DNA of 64,000 bases from Candidatus Omnitrophota bacterium (GTDB lineage Bacteria; Omnitrophota; Omnitrophia; Omnitrophales; Aquincolibacteriaceae), in NCBI GenBank assembly GCA_043732705.1, contig JAYTHE010000026.1, forward strand, positions 12,136-76,135. The letters are read 5' to 3'. Below the pieces are notes generated by a model. It did not search any database. It saw only the letters and a list, made by a program, of their open reading frames with translations, and was not told where the DNA came from. This document shows, piece by piece, positions 8,797-19,167 of this stretch. The first letter of the stretch is position 1. Every line of letters starts with the position of its first letter. The position numbers and the translations under genes were made by a program.

Positions 8797-11700
8797 ATGG
8801 CATTAGCCGAATTTGCGGTCAAAAGAAAAGTAGCCATGGTCATGGCCACTTCCGCGCTGGTTCTTCTCGGCGTGATTTCCGCCACTATTCTTCCTCAAGA
8901 ATACTTTCCAAAAATTCAATTCCCGCAAATTACGATCGTAACCGATTATTCGAATGCCGCGCCGGAAGAAATTGAAACTCTGATTACGCGCCCGATTGAA
9001 GAAACTATTGGTTCTGTTTCGGGAATTAAGCGCATTGAGTCGGTTTCACGCGAAGGCCGGTCGACGATTACGGCCGCGTTTAATTGGGGGCAAAATATTG
9101 ATTTTGCCGCTTTGGGAATCCGTGAAAAAATTGATTTGATTAAAGAGCGCCTTCCTAAAGAGGCGGATGACCCAATCGTTCTGAAGTTTGATCCGCTCGC
9201 GACTCCAATTATGTTGATTTCCATCACGGGACCGAAGCTTGAGGCGGTACGCCTTAAGCATCTTGCTGAAAAAATGCTGAAAGATCGCCTTGAGAAAGTG
9301 GATGGCGTGGCTTCCGCGAGTATGTCGGGCGGCGTGAACCGCGAAATCTTGGTGAATATTGATCATGCGCGCCTGGAAGCCAACCATTTGTCCTTGACGG
9401 AAGTGACCAGTGCTTTGGATGAGGCCAATATTTCTTATCCTGCAGGAAGCATCAAAAAGGGTCTTTACGAATATCTTATCCGCACCATGGGTGAGTTTAA
9501 AACTATTCAGGAAATTTCAACCACGGTGGTGGGAACGGATGCCGTCCAAAATATGCGGCGCGATGACAACTCATTTATTGAAAAAAGCGAAGACGGACCG
9601 CGCGATACAATTGAGCGTTTACGCGAAGAACTGGACAAAGGGACATTAGAAAAACGTCTCATTTTTGTGCGCGATATCGGAAATGTCGAAGATGGACTTG
9701 CGGAAACGACCAGCTTTTCGCGCTACAACACACACGACAACATTCAGCTCTCGATTCAAAAGCAATCCAATGCAAATACGATTCAAGTCGTAAACCGCCT
9801 TAAAAAAGAATTGGGCAGCTTGGAAAAAGAGTTAAAGGGGCATGGAATCGAGTTCAAAGTTATTTATGATCACTCCGTTTATATCCATCAGACTTTAAAA
9901 GATTTATGCGAAGCTTCAATGGAAGCCGGAGTACTGATTTTTATTATCCTTTTAATTTTCTTGAAAGATTGGGTTGCGTGCGTTGTCGCTGTTTTAAATA
10001 TTCCGCTGAGTATTCTCGGCGTTTTCTTTATGATGACGCTCACAAAATATTTGCCGTTCATGGGCGAAGTTACGATCAATATTATGTCCTTGGGCGGTTT
10101 GACGCTTGCCATCGGGTTGATCGTGGATGACAGTGTTGTTGTTATTGAAAATATTTTCAGGAAACGCCAGCAGGGTATGGATCCAGAACAGGCGGCGATT
10201 GAGGGAACAAACGAGGTTACTTGGCCCGTAGTCGGCTCAAAAATGACTATCATCGTTGTTTTTTTTCCGATGATTGTTTTTGTTCCCGGTATTCCGGGGC
10301 AGATGTTTAAAGATTTGTCATGGGCAATTGTTTTTTCACAGCTGATCGCGCTTATTTTGCCGTTGACCGTCATTGCTATGGTTTGTGTTTACCTGAAGGT
10401 TAAGCAAGAAGGTTATCATCCCTTATCGATCACGGGAAATTTAGATCAGCATATTATTTCCATGCCCGAACCTGAGCAGCAAAATAAATTGATGCTTAAA
10501 ATGCTGATGTGGGCCGGCCTTTTTATGGCATTGAGTTTGTTGATCGTTCCGACATTGGATAAAGAAGTTTTGCCGCATGTAGACCGTGGCCAGTTTTATG
10601 TTAAGTTGGGAATGCCGATCGGAACTCAGCTTGAAGTCACCGATCAAGTGAGTCGTCAAATTGAAGGTGTACTCGAATCTGAAAATTCCGTGCAAGACGT
10701 CGCGGTGGCGGTAGGCAGTGAAAAATCAGGCAAAGGTGAAATTAAAATTGAAGCCTTACGTCCTTCTCAAGCCCAGATATTAGTTACATTAAAAAAGAAA
10801 CGCAAACAAAGTTCGTCGCAGGTGATTGATTCCGTGCGTGAGAAACTTGCCGCGCTTGAGCTCGACAGAAAGAGCGCACATATTGAATTTATTCAGCAGG
10901 AAAGTGAATTCGCGATTGCTCAAGGAGGTGTTAAGCCGATCGTGGTTGAGATTCAGGGTTATGACCTGACGAAGCTTGAAGCTTTTGCTGACCGTCTTCG
11001 TCAAAAACTCAGTAATATTCCCGGTGTGATTCATTTGTCCGATGACCGCGGTGAAAAATCTCCCGAAACTAAATTGGATATTAATAAAAAACGCGCCGCG
11101 CTTTATGGGATTTCGGCATTGGATATTTCGCTCACGGCAAAAACTGCGATTGAGGGTGCGGTGGCGACGCAGTTCCGCGAAGAGGGACGTGAAATTGATG
11201 TGCGCGTTCGGTTGCGCGAGCAAGACCGCGATAAAATTGAAAACATCGAAAATCTTTTACTTTACTCCAAAGTGTTGGATCAGCATATCCCGATGAAGGA
11301 ATTGGCTTCGATTGACCGCGGGACAGGGCCGAGTGAAATTCGCCGTATTGACCAAGAACGCACCATCACGATTTCCGGCGAAATTGACAAAGGCCAGCGC
11401 GATAAAGACGTCCTTCAGGCGGTTCAACGTATGTTGGCACAGCTTCAGCCCGGGGTGGATATTCCTCCCGACACAGCCGTGGCGCTTTCCGGAAAATTAA
11501 AAGAAATTCGTGAGAGCTTTGGCGGAACTATGTTTGCGTTTATTCTCGCCATTCTTCTCGTTTACATGGTTATGGCGGCGGAGTTCGAATCCATTTTGCA
11601 GCCGCTTTTGATTATGTTCACGATCCCGTTTTCATTTTGCGGAGCGTTGATTTTTCTTAAAATTTCCGGCGGAACACTGAATGTGATCTCACTATTGGGG

Positions 11701-12081
11701 TTTGTGTTGTTGGGTGGAGTTGTTGTTAATAATGGTATTGTTTTGATTGAATACATGAATCAACGCCGGCAAGAAGGTGAAGAATTGGTTTCGGCGGTAT
11801 GGAATGCCACACGGATTCGTACACGGCCTGTTTTAATGACTGCCATCGCGAACATCGTCAGCATGGTTCCTGTTATTTTTGGTTCGGATATTTTAAGACC
11901 GATGGCGGTGACCGTCATGGGCGGAATGTTTTCTTCGACTATTTTGACTCTTGTTCTTTTGCCTTGTCTTTATATTTTGATGGTGCGTTATATCGAAGAG
12001 CCTTATTTTGGAGCGGATGACCGGGAAAGTGAAATGATTGCTCCTGTGACGCCGCCCATCGATGGGGAACCCGAAGCTTAG
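8797..12081 (+). CDS. RND permease subunit 1 (AcrB/MdtB-like)
   Basis: 1094 aa; PEEIETLITRPIEE, GLIVDDSVVVIENI, RTRPVLMTA; 12-TM pattern. Confidence 0.95.
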   Translation: MALAEFAVKRKVAMVMATSALVLLGVISATILPQEYFPKIQFPQITIVTDYSNAAPEEIETLITRPIEETIGSVSGIKRIESVSREGRSTITAAFNWGQNIDFAALGIREKIDLIKERLPKEADDPIVLKFDPLATPIMLISITGPKLEAVRLKHLAEKMLKDRLEKVDGVASASMSGGVNREILVNIDHARLEANHLSLTEVTSALDEANISYPAGSIKKGLYEYLIRTMGEFKTIQEISTTVVGTDAVQNMRRDDNSFIEKSEDGPRDTIERLREELDKGTLEKRLIFVRDIGNVEDGLAETTSFSRYNTHDNIQLSIQKQSNANTIQVVNRLKKELGSLEKELKGHGIEFKVIYDHSVYIHQTLKDLCEASMEAGVLIFIILLIFLKDWVACVVAVLNIPLSILGVFFMMTLTKYLPFMGEVTINIMSLGGLTLAIGLIVDDSVVVIENIFRKRQQGMDPEQAAIEGTNEVTWPVVGSKMTIIVVFFPMIVFVPGIPGQMFKDLSWAIVFSQLIALILPLTVIAMVCVYLKVKQEGYHPLSITGNLDQHIISMPEPEQQNKLMLKMLMWAGLFMALSLLIVPTLDKEVLPHVDRGQFYVKLGMPIGTQLEVTDQVSRQIEGVLESENSVQDVAVAVGSEKSGKGEIKIEALRPSQAQILVTLKKKRKQSSSQVIDSVREKLAALELDRKSAHIEFIQQESEFAIAQGGVKPIVVEIQGYDLTKLEAFADRLRQKLSNIPGVIHLSDDRGEKSPETKLDINKKRAALYGISALDISLTAKTAIEGAVATQFREEGREIDVRVRLREQDRDKIENIENLLLYSKVLDQHIPMKELASIDRGTGPSEIRRIDQERTITISGEIDKGQRDKDVLQAVQRMLAQLQPGVDIPPDTAVALSGKLKEIRESFGGTMFAFILAILLVYMVMAAEFESILQPLLIMFTIPFSFCGALIFLKISGGTLNVISLLGFVLLGGVVVNNGIVLIEYMNQRRQEGEELVSAVWNATRIRTRPVLMTAIANIVSMVPVIFGSDILRPMAVTVMGGMFSSTILTLVLLPCLYILMVRYIEEPYFGADDRESEMIAPVTPPIDGEPEA

Positions 12082-12083
12082 GT

Positions 12084-15000
12084 ATGGGCTTACCCTCGCT
12101 CGCCATTAAACGTCCGATCTCGACGATGATGTTTTACATCGCGCTTTGTATTTTTGGTGTAATCTCCCTTTTTGCTCTGGAAGTTGAGCTTTATCAAGGC
12201 CAAAACCAAAGCATTATTAGTATCGTGATCCGCGCTCGCGGCGGTTTGCCTGCCACCGAAGTTGAAAAAATGATCACCAAGCCCACCGAAGAAGCCGTGG
12301 CAACGGTCACCGGTATTCACACACTTTATTCCAATTCGCGGGAAGCTGAGTCGCGTGTGACGATGGAGTTTGAACCCGGCACCAATATGAAGTTCGCGGC
12401 ACTTGAAATTCGTGAAAAATTCGCACGTGTCAGGCCGCTTCTTCCCAAAGAAATTGAAAAGCCTGTGATCGCTAATTATGATGACGCGCAGGCGGCGATT
12501 CTTATTTTTGCGGTGACATCAGACCGATATTCCACCGAAGACATTCGTGAAAAAGTAGATAACGAATTAAAGCCTATTTTGAGTCGCGTAGATGGCGTCG
12601 CCAGCGTGGAAGTTTATGGCGGCCGCGAACGCAAAATTATGATCGAGCTCGATCGCGACAAAATGATGGAGTACAACATTCCGATCGAGCGCGTGATGGA
12701 TATTCTCGGGCAAAGTAATGTTAACCTTCTCGCCGGAAGCGTTAAAACAGGGAAGCTGCAGCTTGCGATCCGCAGTATGGGCGCGTTCAACAGCGTAAGT
12801 GAAATCGCGGAAACCGGTATTAAAGCGACGCGTCAGGGAACTATCATTCCGCTCAAAGAAATTGCCACGGTTAAAGACGCGTACATGGAAGCCAGCAATC
12901 ACGCGCGTTTAAATCTGGAACAGAACGTTACGGTTTATATTAAAAAAGAAAGTTTGGCGAATACCATTTCCGTTGTTAAAGCTGCGCATGCCGCCGTGAA
13001 TCAATATGAAAAAAATTATAAAGGCGAATTCCGCGTCATTACCGTGAATGACCGCGCGGATACGATCGCAAACGCAATCGGAACGGTTTCGGGCGAGCTT
13101 TTCATGGGATTAATTCTCACGGTTTATACGATTTGTGTTTTTTTAAAGCGGACAAAATCTATTTTTGTTTCTTTTCTGGGGATACCCGTCGCGGCATTTT
13201 ATTATTTTACCTTCGCGAAAATTTTCCATGATCCAAATAATCTTTTTGATTTGACGATTTTCTTTATGATGGTCGCGACGCTTGTCGGAATGTATTTAGA
13301 TCGCGCGATCGTGGCTTTTATTGTTGTTTTGACAATTCCGGTTTCATTAATGATTACTTTTATTTTTATGGAAGCTTGTAATATCAGCATTAATGTCATG
13401 ACTTTAACGGGACTTGCGCTTGCGATGGGTAATCTCGTGGACAGCGCGATTGTGGTTACGGAGTCTGTTTTGGCCAAAAAGGAAGAGGGTAAAACAGACT
13501 TTGCGGCGATTCATGAAGGCGCGGAGGAAGTTTGGCTGCCGCTTTTGACCTCTCTCGCGACCACCTTAATTGTTTTCTTGCCCATTTTGTTTATTGATAA
13601 ACGCGTTCAAATTATGTACAGCGGCCTGGCTTTTACCGTAAGTTTTTCCCTCATCTCTTCCTTCTTTGTTGCGTTGATGCTTGCTCCGATGATGTTTTCG
13701 CAGTTTGCGCGCGGGAAATTAATGATTGAAAAAGTTCATCATCGCACCATTTTAGACCGGTTTTGCGACTGGTATCACGGCTTTATGAAAGGCATTTTAG
13801 ACGGCACGGCTTTTAAACGCGGAGTGATATTACTTGTTTTTGCGGCGGTGGCTGTGACGGGCACCACGCTTCTCTTTAAGAAGAGCATCGATTGGCCTTC
13901 CACTTATGAAGAAAATGAATTCGCCGTTATTTCCTTTCCGCTCGCAGGCGCCAAACTGGAAACCAATGACGAGGCCATGAAGAAAATTGAACAAATTCTG
14001 AATAAAATTCCTGATGTTCAAATCTTTTCGTCCACGATCAGCAAAGATGATTTGCGAATTTTTGTGCGTCTCAAGCCAAAGAATCAAAGAAAGTATTCCA
14101 AGAGTGAGATCATGAAAATGATCGATGAGCAGGGAAATGCCGCGATTAAAGAAATTCATAATGACTTTAGTTTGATTGTCGATGAAGGCTCGGGTTCATC
14201 GGAGCAAAAGAAAATGGTGATCGAAATATTTGGCTATGACAATGATGAGTTGGAAAAGCTGGCCAAGCAATTCGCTCAGAAGGTCCGCGATGTTCCCGGA
14301 ATTTCTAATATCGTGATGACCGACCTGCGCAAACGTCCAGAGTATTCGATCAAAGTTGACCGCCGCGCCGCGTTATATGGGCTCAGTGTTAAAAAAGTGG
14401 CAGACTCTTTGCATGCGCAAATTCGTGGAATGCGACCGACCGAATTTCATGAGCTTGCCAAAGGGGAACGCATCGAAATGATCACGCGGCTGCAGCCGAT
14501 TTACAGGCAAAAAATTGACGATTTGAAGCTGGTGCCGATAGGAACTGATTTAGGCGTTCAAATTCCATTGCAGGAAATTGCTAACTTTTACCCGACTGTG
14601 GGGCCGCAGACAATTGACCGTAAAAATAAATATCGCTACGTGTTTGTTAAATGCGATATCAAGCGCCCGGTTGAAGATATTGCCAAGGATATAGACAAAG
14701 TTCTCACTGGTATCAAAATGCCGGATGATTATTTTTGGCGATTTGGCGGAGGTTACGAAGATTTGTTGGCAAGTAAGTCACAGCTTTTTGTAGCGGTCCT
14801 CATCACAGTCTTCCTGGTTTACATGGTCATGGCATGCTTGTTTCAAGATTTTCTTTCGCCGCTTTTAATCATGGTGACGGTTCCGATGGCATTAATTGGC
14901 GTTTGGATCGCGTTGGATTGGCCCAATTTTATCCGTTGGCCGCTCATGCTTTTGGGCCTGCCGGTTGAGAAGTGGACGTGGCTACCTCAAGCCAAACCGT

Positions 15001-15752
15001 TGAGTCAGCAAGTTTTGATCGGTATTGTCATGTTGGGCGGATATGTCGTCACGGCAGCGATTATTATGACGGATTACTATAAATCCCTTTTGGCGGATGG
15101 AATGGAAATGAAAGAGGCTTTGGTTGAATCCGTTGTGGACCGGTTCAGGCCGATTTTAATGACAACGATGACGACAGTTTTGGGTTTTGCGCCCATGGCT
15201 TTTTCAATCGGAACAACCAGTGATCTATGGGCGCCGATGGCGGTAACCGGAATCGGCGGAATGATCATGGGGACGGTTTTGACACTTTTTGTTTTGCCGA
15301 TTTTGATTTATTTTATAGCGGAGGAAAGGAGAGTTGTGGCGGGAATAATTGATTTAATCGTCATCCCTATCCTCTATGGTTTTCTATTAGCGCTTGTTAT
15401 TAAGCCCTGGGAAAGCGGCCCTAACAAGATCTATTGGTTGATTGTATGGAATTTAATGAACTCGATGTTGCCTGTCATACGCGACATGTTTTTTTCACCT
15501 GGCCGGACAGCGATGAAATTAAAATTAATTAGTTTAAAATCCGAAAAGGTCTCCCTGCTTCAGGTGGTTCGGCGTAATGCGCTCTTGATGATTCCGGGTG
15601 TTTCGCTTGCCGGTTGTCTATTTGAATTTATTATGATCATCAAGAAGGGCCATCGTTTTGAGGATGCCTGGGCCCAAACACAAATTGTGGACCACGAGCT
15701 TGAATTTAAAAGTAGAAAGATAGATGTTGGACTTCTCGCGCCTGGACAATAG
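12084..15752 (+). CDS. RND permease subunit 2 with a C-terminal RDD-like domain
   Basis: RND motifs (GNLVDSAIVVTE, RFRPILMTT) plus a tail RRVVAGIID...SPGRTAMKLKLI...RRN...RFEDAWAQTQIV typical of RDD domains. Confidence 0.9.
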   Translation: MGLPSLAIKRPISTMMFYIALCIFGVISLFALEVELYQGQNQSIISIVIRARGGLPATEVEKMITKPTEEAVATVTGIHTLYSNSREAESRVTMEFEPGTNMKFAALEIREKFARVRPLLPKEIEKPVIANYDDAQAAILIFAVTSDRYSTEDIREKVDNELKPILSRVDGVASVEVYGGRERKIMIELDRDKMMEYNIPIERVMDILGQSNVNLLAGSVKTGKLQLAIRSMGAFNSVSEIAETGIKATRQGTIIPLKEIATVKDAYMEASNHARLNLEQNVTVYIKKESLANTISVVKAAHAAVNQYEKNYKGEFRVITVNDRADTIANAIGTVSGELFMGLILTVYTICVFLKRTKSIFVSFLGIPVAAFYYFTFAKIFHDPNNLFDLTIFFMMVATLVGMYLDRAIVAFIVVLTIPVSLMITFIFMEACNISINVMTLTGLALAMGNLVDSAIVVTESVLAKKEEGKTDFAAIHEGAEEVWLPLLTSLATTLIVFLPILFIDKRVQIMYSGLAFTVSFSLISSFFVALMLAPMMFSQFARGKLMIEKVHHRTILDRFCDWYHGFMKGILDGTAFKRGVILLVFAAVAVTGTTLLFKKSIDWPSTYEENEFAVISFPLAGAKLETNDEAMKKIEQILNKIPDVQIFSSTISKDDLRIFVRLKPKNQRKYSKSEIMKMIDEQGNAAIKEIHNDFSLIVDEGSGSSEQKKMVIEIFGYDNDELEKLAKQFAQKVRDVPGISNIVMTDLRKRPEYSIKVDRRAALYGLSVKKVADSLHAQIRGMRPTEFHELAKGERIEMITRLQPIYRQKIDDLKLVPIGTDLGVQIPLQEIANFYPTVGPQTIDRKNKYRYVFVKCDIKRPVEDIAKDIDKVLTGIKMPDDYFWRFGGGYEDLLASKSQLFVAVLITVFLVYMVMACLFQDFLSPLLIMVTVPMALIGVWIALDWPNFIRWPLMLLGLPVEKWTWLPQAKPLSQQVLIGIVMLGGYVVTAAIIMTDYYKSLLADGMEMKEALVESVVDRFRPILMTTMTTVLGFAPMAFSIGTTSDLWAPMAVTGIGGMIMGTVLTLFVLPILIYFIAEERRVVAGIIDLIVIPILYGFLLALVIKPWESGPNKIYWLIVWNLMNSMLPVIRDMFFSPGRTAMKLKLISLKSEKVSLLQVVRRNALLMIPGVSLAGCLFEFIMIIKKGHRFEDAWAQTQIVDHELEFKSRKIDVGLLAPGQ

Positions 15753-15792
15753 TTTTAATTTAATAATTTTGATTTTCCGATAAGGAGGAATT

Positions 15793-16350
15793 ATGCAACA
15801 GCAACCGACCCGTAATTATCAACGTAAGGCGATGAATCTTTTTATTCACAAGGAGATGCAGCGCGAGTTTTCATTCGTGCTCATCGCGCTTTTGATCGTG
15901 TCGTCATTTTGCGTGGCGCTCACGATTCACTACACCATTCAACATGCCGCGTTTGGAGACCAGGCGCTGCAGTTTGGAAAAGTCAATCCTTACGAAGTGA
16001 TTGCTCAGGTGAGTTATCAAATCGTAATGCGCGTGACGGTGATTTTGATTTTGACGCTCTTTGTTGTAGCGGCATATGGCATTAAATTCTTGCATCGCGT
16101 TGCAGGCCCGATTTATCGTTGCCGCAAAACTTTAATTTTATTGAATCAGGGTAAAATCCCGGATCATATTCGTGTGCGCTCGGGGGATTTTTTTGATGAA
16201 GTGGCGGAAGAAATTAATCGTCAAACTGATTTGTGGATCGCTGAAAGCCAACGCAAAGAGGAGCTAGCCCGCCAAATTACGGATTTATCCGGTTCGATTA
16301 CGTCGTCCGATGTGAAAACAAAGGTTGAAGCGCTTAAGCAGTGGATTTAA
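15793..16350 (+). CDS. Small two-TM protein with HAMP-like segment
   Basis: Two hydrophobic helices followed by HRVAGPIYR...IRVRSGD.FDEVAEEIN. Confidence 0.7.
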   Translation: MQQQPTRNYQRKAMNLFIHKEMQREFSFVLIALLIVSSFCVALTIHYTIQHAAFGDQALQFGKVNPYEVIAQVSYQIVMRVTVILILTLFVVAAYGIKFLHRVAGPIYRCRKTLILLNQGKIPDHIRVRSGDFFDEVAEEINRQTDLWIAESQRKEELARQITDLSGSITSSDVKTKVEALKQWI

Positions 16351-16355
16351 ACATT

Positions 16356-16408
16356 CCATCCTACCTCCCGGTAGTAGGAAAGACTCCTGCTGCCGGGAGG
16401 TAGGATGG
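16356..16408. repeat. Long GC-rich hairpin (REP-like or terminator)
   Basis: CCATCCTACCTCCCGGTAGTAGGA / TCCTGCTGCCGGGAGGTAGGATGG inverted repeat directly after a stop codon; no U-tract. Confidence 0.75.
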
Positions 16409-16594
16409 GTTGGTGTAATGATTTTTTGCTCGGTGTTAACCTCTTTCTAAAGCCCTAAAATTATTCCATCCCTTTTAGGCATAATCACTTACGTTATATC
16501 CCAGCGTCATTATGCTTCATAGTGCTATGTAGTGCTTTGAATAGATTGATATAGATATGATTTGATGTTAGACTTCTTAAGCGGAGAAGTGTCT

Positions 16595-17026
16595 ATGTAT
16601 GGATTAGCCATTGCAGAAAATAAACACATTGGGGAAAGCGGATTCACTTTCATCGAGCTCATGATTGCGATGGTAGTGGCTTCGCTGACCATTCTCTTTT
16701 GTGTTACGGGTCAAAACGTTCTTCAGGTTAACGCTGAATCAGCTTATGAGCGTAAAGTTGCAGCTCAAGATGCGCATCGGTTTCTTGAACAAATGCGTCT
16801 TACAGCAAAGACGGGAACATTTCCTGCAAATGTTAGTACAACTTCGTTTCCGGCGGGCTCAATTTCCGGTTATACCAGTATGCCTTCATCATCTACTGAA
16901 ACGATGTCAGTTGCTTATGCTAGCGCGGCGGCTGATCCGTTGGATGTGACGGTAACAGTTTCTTGGACGGGAAATAATGGACACAGCGCGAGCCAAACGG
17001 TTCGAACCATGGTTACGGCAAGGTGA
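16595..17026 (+). CDS. PilV-like minor pilin
   Basis: SG|FTFIELMIAMVV prepilin motif; VTVTVSW C-terminal strand; start at ATG after GGAG. Confidence 0.85.
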   Translation: MYGLAIAENKHIGESGFTFIELMIAMVVASLTILFCVTGQNVLQVNAESAYERKVAAQDAHRFLEQMRLTAKTGTFPANVSTTSFPAGSISGYTSMPSSSTETMSVAYASAAADPLDVTVTVSWTGNNGHSASQTVRTMVTAR

Positions 17027-17030
17027 AATT

Positions 17031-17567
17031 ATGAAAATCTTAAAAAATCAAAAAGGGTTTTCATTGCTGGAAATTATGGTGGCTTCACTTCTTGCGAGCT
17101 TCGTGATTGGGGCCCTTTTCGCGTCAGTGCGTGCTTATGATGCCAATGGAGATTTATTTTATACGAAGACAAGTATGGAAGAGCAGGGTATGCGTGCCTT
17201 GCAGAAAATGGAGTTGGAGTTGCGTGAAACAGCGCCAAGCAGAATCTCTCTTGGCTCAGGCGGAAGTTCGATTACGTTTTCAGTTCCGAGCGAATCCTCC
17301 CCCACTACGGCAGGAACCTATGCGGTGGATTGGACCAATGCCCATTCCATTACTTATTCTGTTTCAGGAACACAACTGATTCGAACCGATGCTAACGCCG
17401 TAACAGACACAACGACGCGAAAATTAAGTAATTTTGTAAGCAGCGTTGTCTTTGCTGTCCCCAGTTCTGGTGTCGTAACAATTACTTTGAATTTATCTCA
17501 AACTTTAAAAAATACACGAACTCTAACTAAAACATTAACGGCAACGGCCCAATTGAGGAACCCGTGA
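17031..17567 (+). CDS. PilW-like minor pilin
   Basis: KG|FSLLEIMVASLL; ALQKMELELRE; C-terminal LRN typical of PilW/GspJ-like proteins. Confidence 0.85.
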   Translation: MKILKNQKGFSLLEIMVASLLASFVIGALFASVRAYDANGDLFYTKTSMEEQGMRALQKMELELRETAPSRISLGSGGSSITFSVPSESSPTTAGTYAVDWTNAHSITYSVSGTQLIRTDANAVTDTTTRKLSNFVSSVVFAVPSSGVVTITLNLSQTLKNTRTLTKTLTATAQLRNP

Positions 17568-18760
17568 AATTTCAAAAAGAAATTTGTGACTGTTTCAAGG
17601 TAAATGTTTTCTCTGGGCAAAAAGGTTACGTTTTAATTACGACCTATATTCTCATGGCCGTCCTTTCTGTTACAACGCTGGCTTCAATGCGCAGAACCTA
17701 TATTTATACACGCGATGCTGAGCGCCAAAAAAATGCAATTATTGCTTCCGAGATGGCGGAGGGAGCTATCGATAAGGCGATTACACAGTTGGCAGCAAGC
17801 AGCAGTTACACGGGAACGAGTTATCAAGATTTTTCAAGCGGTAGTGCACAGGGTGGTTATTCTATTACAGTGACGACTCCGGCATCTAACATTCGTCAAA
17901 TTGCGGTCACAGGTTATGCTCCGGGAAGTACTGCAACTGCGATTGGCTATAAGACGGCGAGCTCGAATACTTATGTGAGCCTTCCTTCCTCAGGCACTTT
18001 TACTAATGCTGTTTTTTCCAAGACAACTCTCAGTATTAATGGAAATCCTACGATTGATAGTTATATTTCAAGTAGTGGGGCTTATGCTGCAGGTTCGGCT
18101 CGAAGCAATGCTAATGTGGGCTCAAACACAACAGCTGTTGGTGGGATTAGCTTGACGGGAAGTGCAATTACAATCCAAGGGGCCGTCCAATATGGTTCAG
18201 GAGGGACAAGTTCGGTTGTTGACACGAGTGGTCATCCCACAATTACGGGGGGTACGCCTACTGCGCAGACCACCAATAAATCTTTTACAAACCCTACTAC
18301 AAGCACGGTGTCTTCTGGTGCGCTTTCAGTTAGTAGAGGAACCACAACACTTGCGGCAGGAACTTACAACTACTCGTCGCTTTCGGTGAGTGCTAGCGGT
18401 TCTTTGGCGACATCTGGCGCAGTAACTATTTATGTTAGCGGCACGGTTGATCTTGGCGGAGGCGGTATCGCGGGAGCAAGCAGTATTCCCGCCAATTTAA
18501 AAATATATGTTACAGGTACTTCGGCTGTGAGTGTAAGCGGTAACAGTTCTATGATAGGAGTGATTTATGCGCCGCGTTCGAGTGTTGACTTGGGTGGGAC
18601 GGGGGGCATTTACGGTGCTGTCGTAGGAAATGCTGTAACTGTTTCAGGCAATGGAAAGATTCACTATGATGAAGATTTGGCGAGCATTGGAGCTTCAACG
18701 GGTGGAGATCCGACCGTTTTAACTTATATTCAAACTGGCAATGGGTCGTGGACAGCTTGA
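17564..18760 (+). CDS. PilX-like protein with Ser/Thr/Gly-rich beta-solenoid-like C-terminal domain
   Basis: KG|YVLITTYILMAVL without Glu5; A..MAEGAIDKAI; GVIYAPRS..L.G...IYGAVVG..V...GN..IHYDE. Confidence 0.8.
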   Translation: MKFQKEICDCFKVNVFSGQKGYVLITTYILMAVLSVTTLASMRRTYIYTRDAERQKNAIIASEMAEGAIDKAITQLAASSSYTGTSYQDFSSGSAQGGYSITVTTPASNIRQIAVTGYAPGSTATAIGYKTASSNTYVSLPSSGTFTNAVFSKTTLSINGNPTIDSYISSSGAYAAGSARSNANVGSNTTAVGGISLTGSAITIQGAVQYGSGGTSSVVDTSGHPTITGGTPTAQTTNKSFTNPTTSTVSSGALSVSRGTTTLAAGTYNYSSLSVSASGSLATSGAVTIYVSGTVDLGGGGIAGASSIPANLKIYVTGTSAVSVSGNSSMIGVIYAPRSSVDLGGTGGIYGAVVGNAVTVSGNGKIHYDEDLASIGASTGGDPTVLTYIQTGNGSWTA

Positions 18761-18813
18761 TGAGTCGCGTAAGTGTAGTTAAAAATAAAATAAATGAAAC
18801 AGGAGGATTGGAT

Positions 18814-19140
18814 ATGAAAAGTAAACAAAGCGCAAAAATGGTTCCCGTGGCATGGCTTGTTTTATTGGCTATGATTTTCGCACCAGCTTTCTTGAGTGCT
18901 ACTGCATGGGCTGATGAAGCAAATGATGCGGTTGCAGGCTGCCAAGCTGTGGCAGTTGATCCGGCTGCATCATTCGAGTATCAACAAGCTGTTTGTCGTG
19001 CAGCTGAAGGAAACGCTTCTTCGAGCTGTGCAGCTAGCGGTCATGGCATGTGCTCGTCTCCCAAGATGAATGACACTATGGTGGATGGCACCAACTGTAT
19101 TTGCTTGGCTGATGCTCCGGCAGAAACTCCGGCACCTTAA
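18814..19140 (+). CDS. Small secreted Cys-rich protein
   Basis: GGAGG RBS, signal peptide ending AWA, six Cys in the short mature region. Confidence 0.7.
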   Translation: MKSKQSAKMVPVAWLVLLAMIFAPAFLSATAWADEANDAVAGCQAVAVDPAASFEYQQAVCRAAEGNASSSCAASGHGMCSSPKMNDTMVDGTNCICLADAPAETPAP

Positions 19141-19167
19141 AAGTATTTTATAAGGTCGCTCTGTTCT

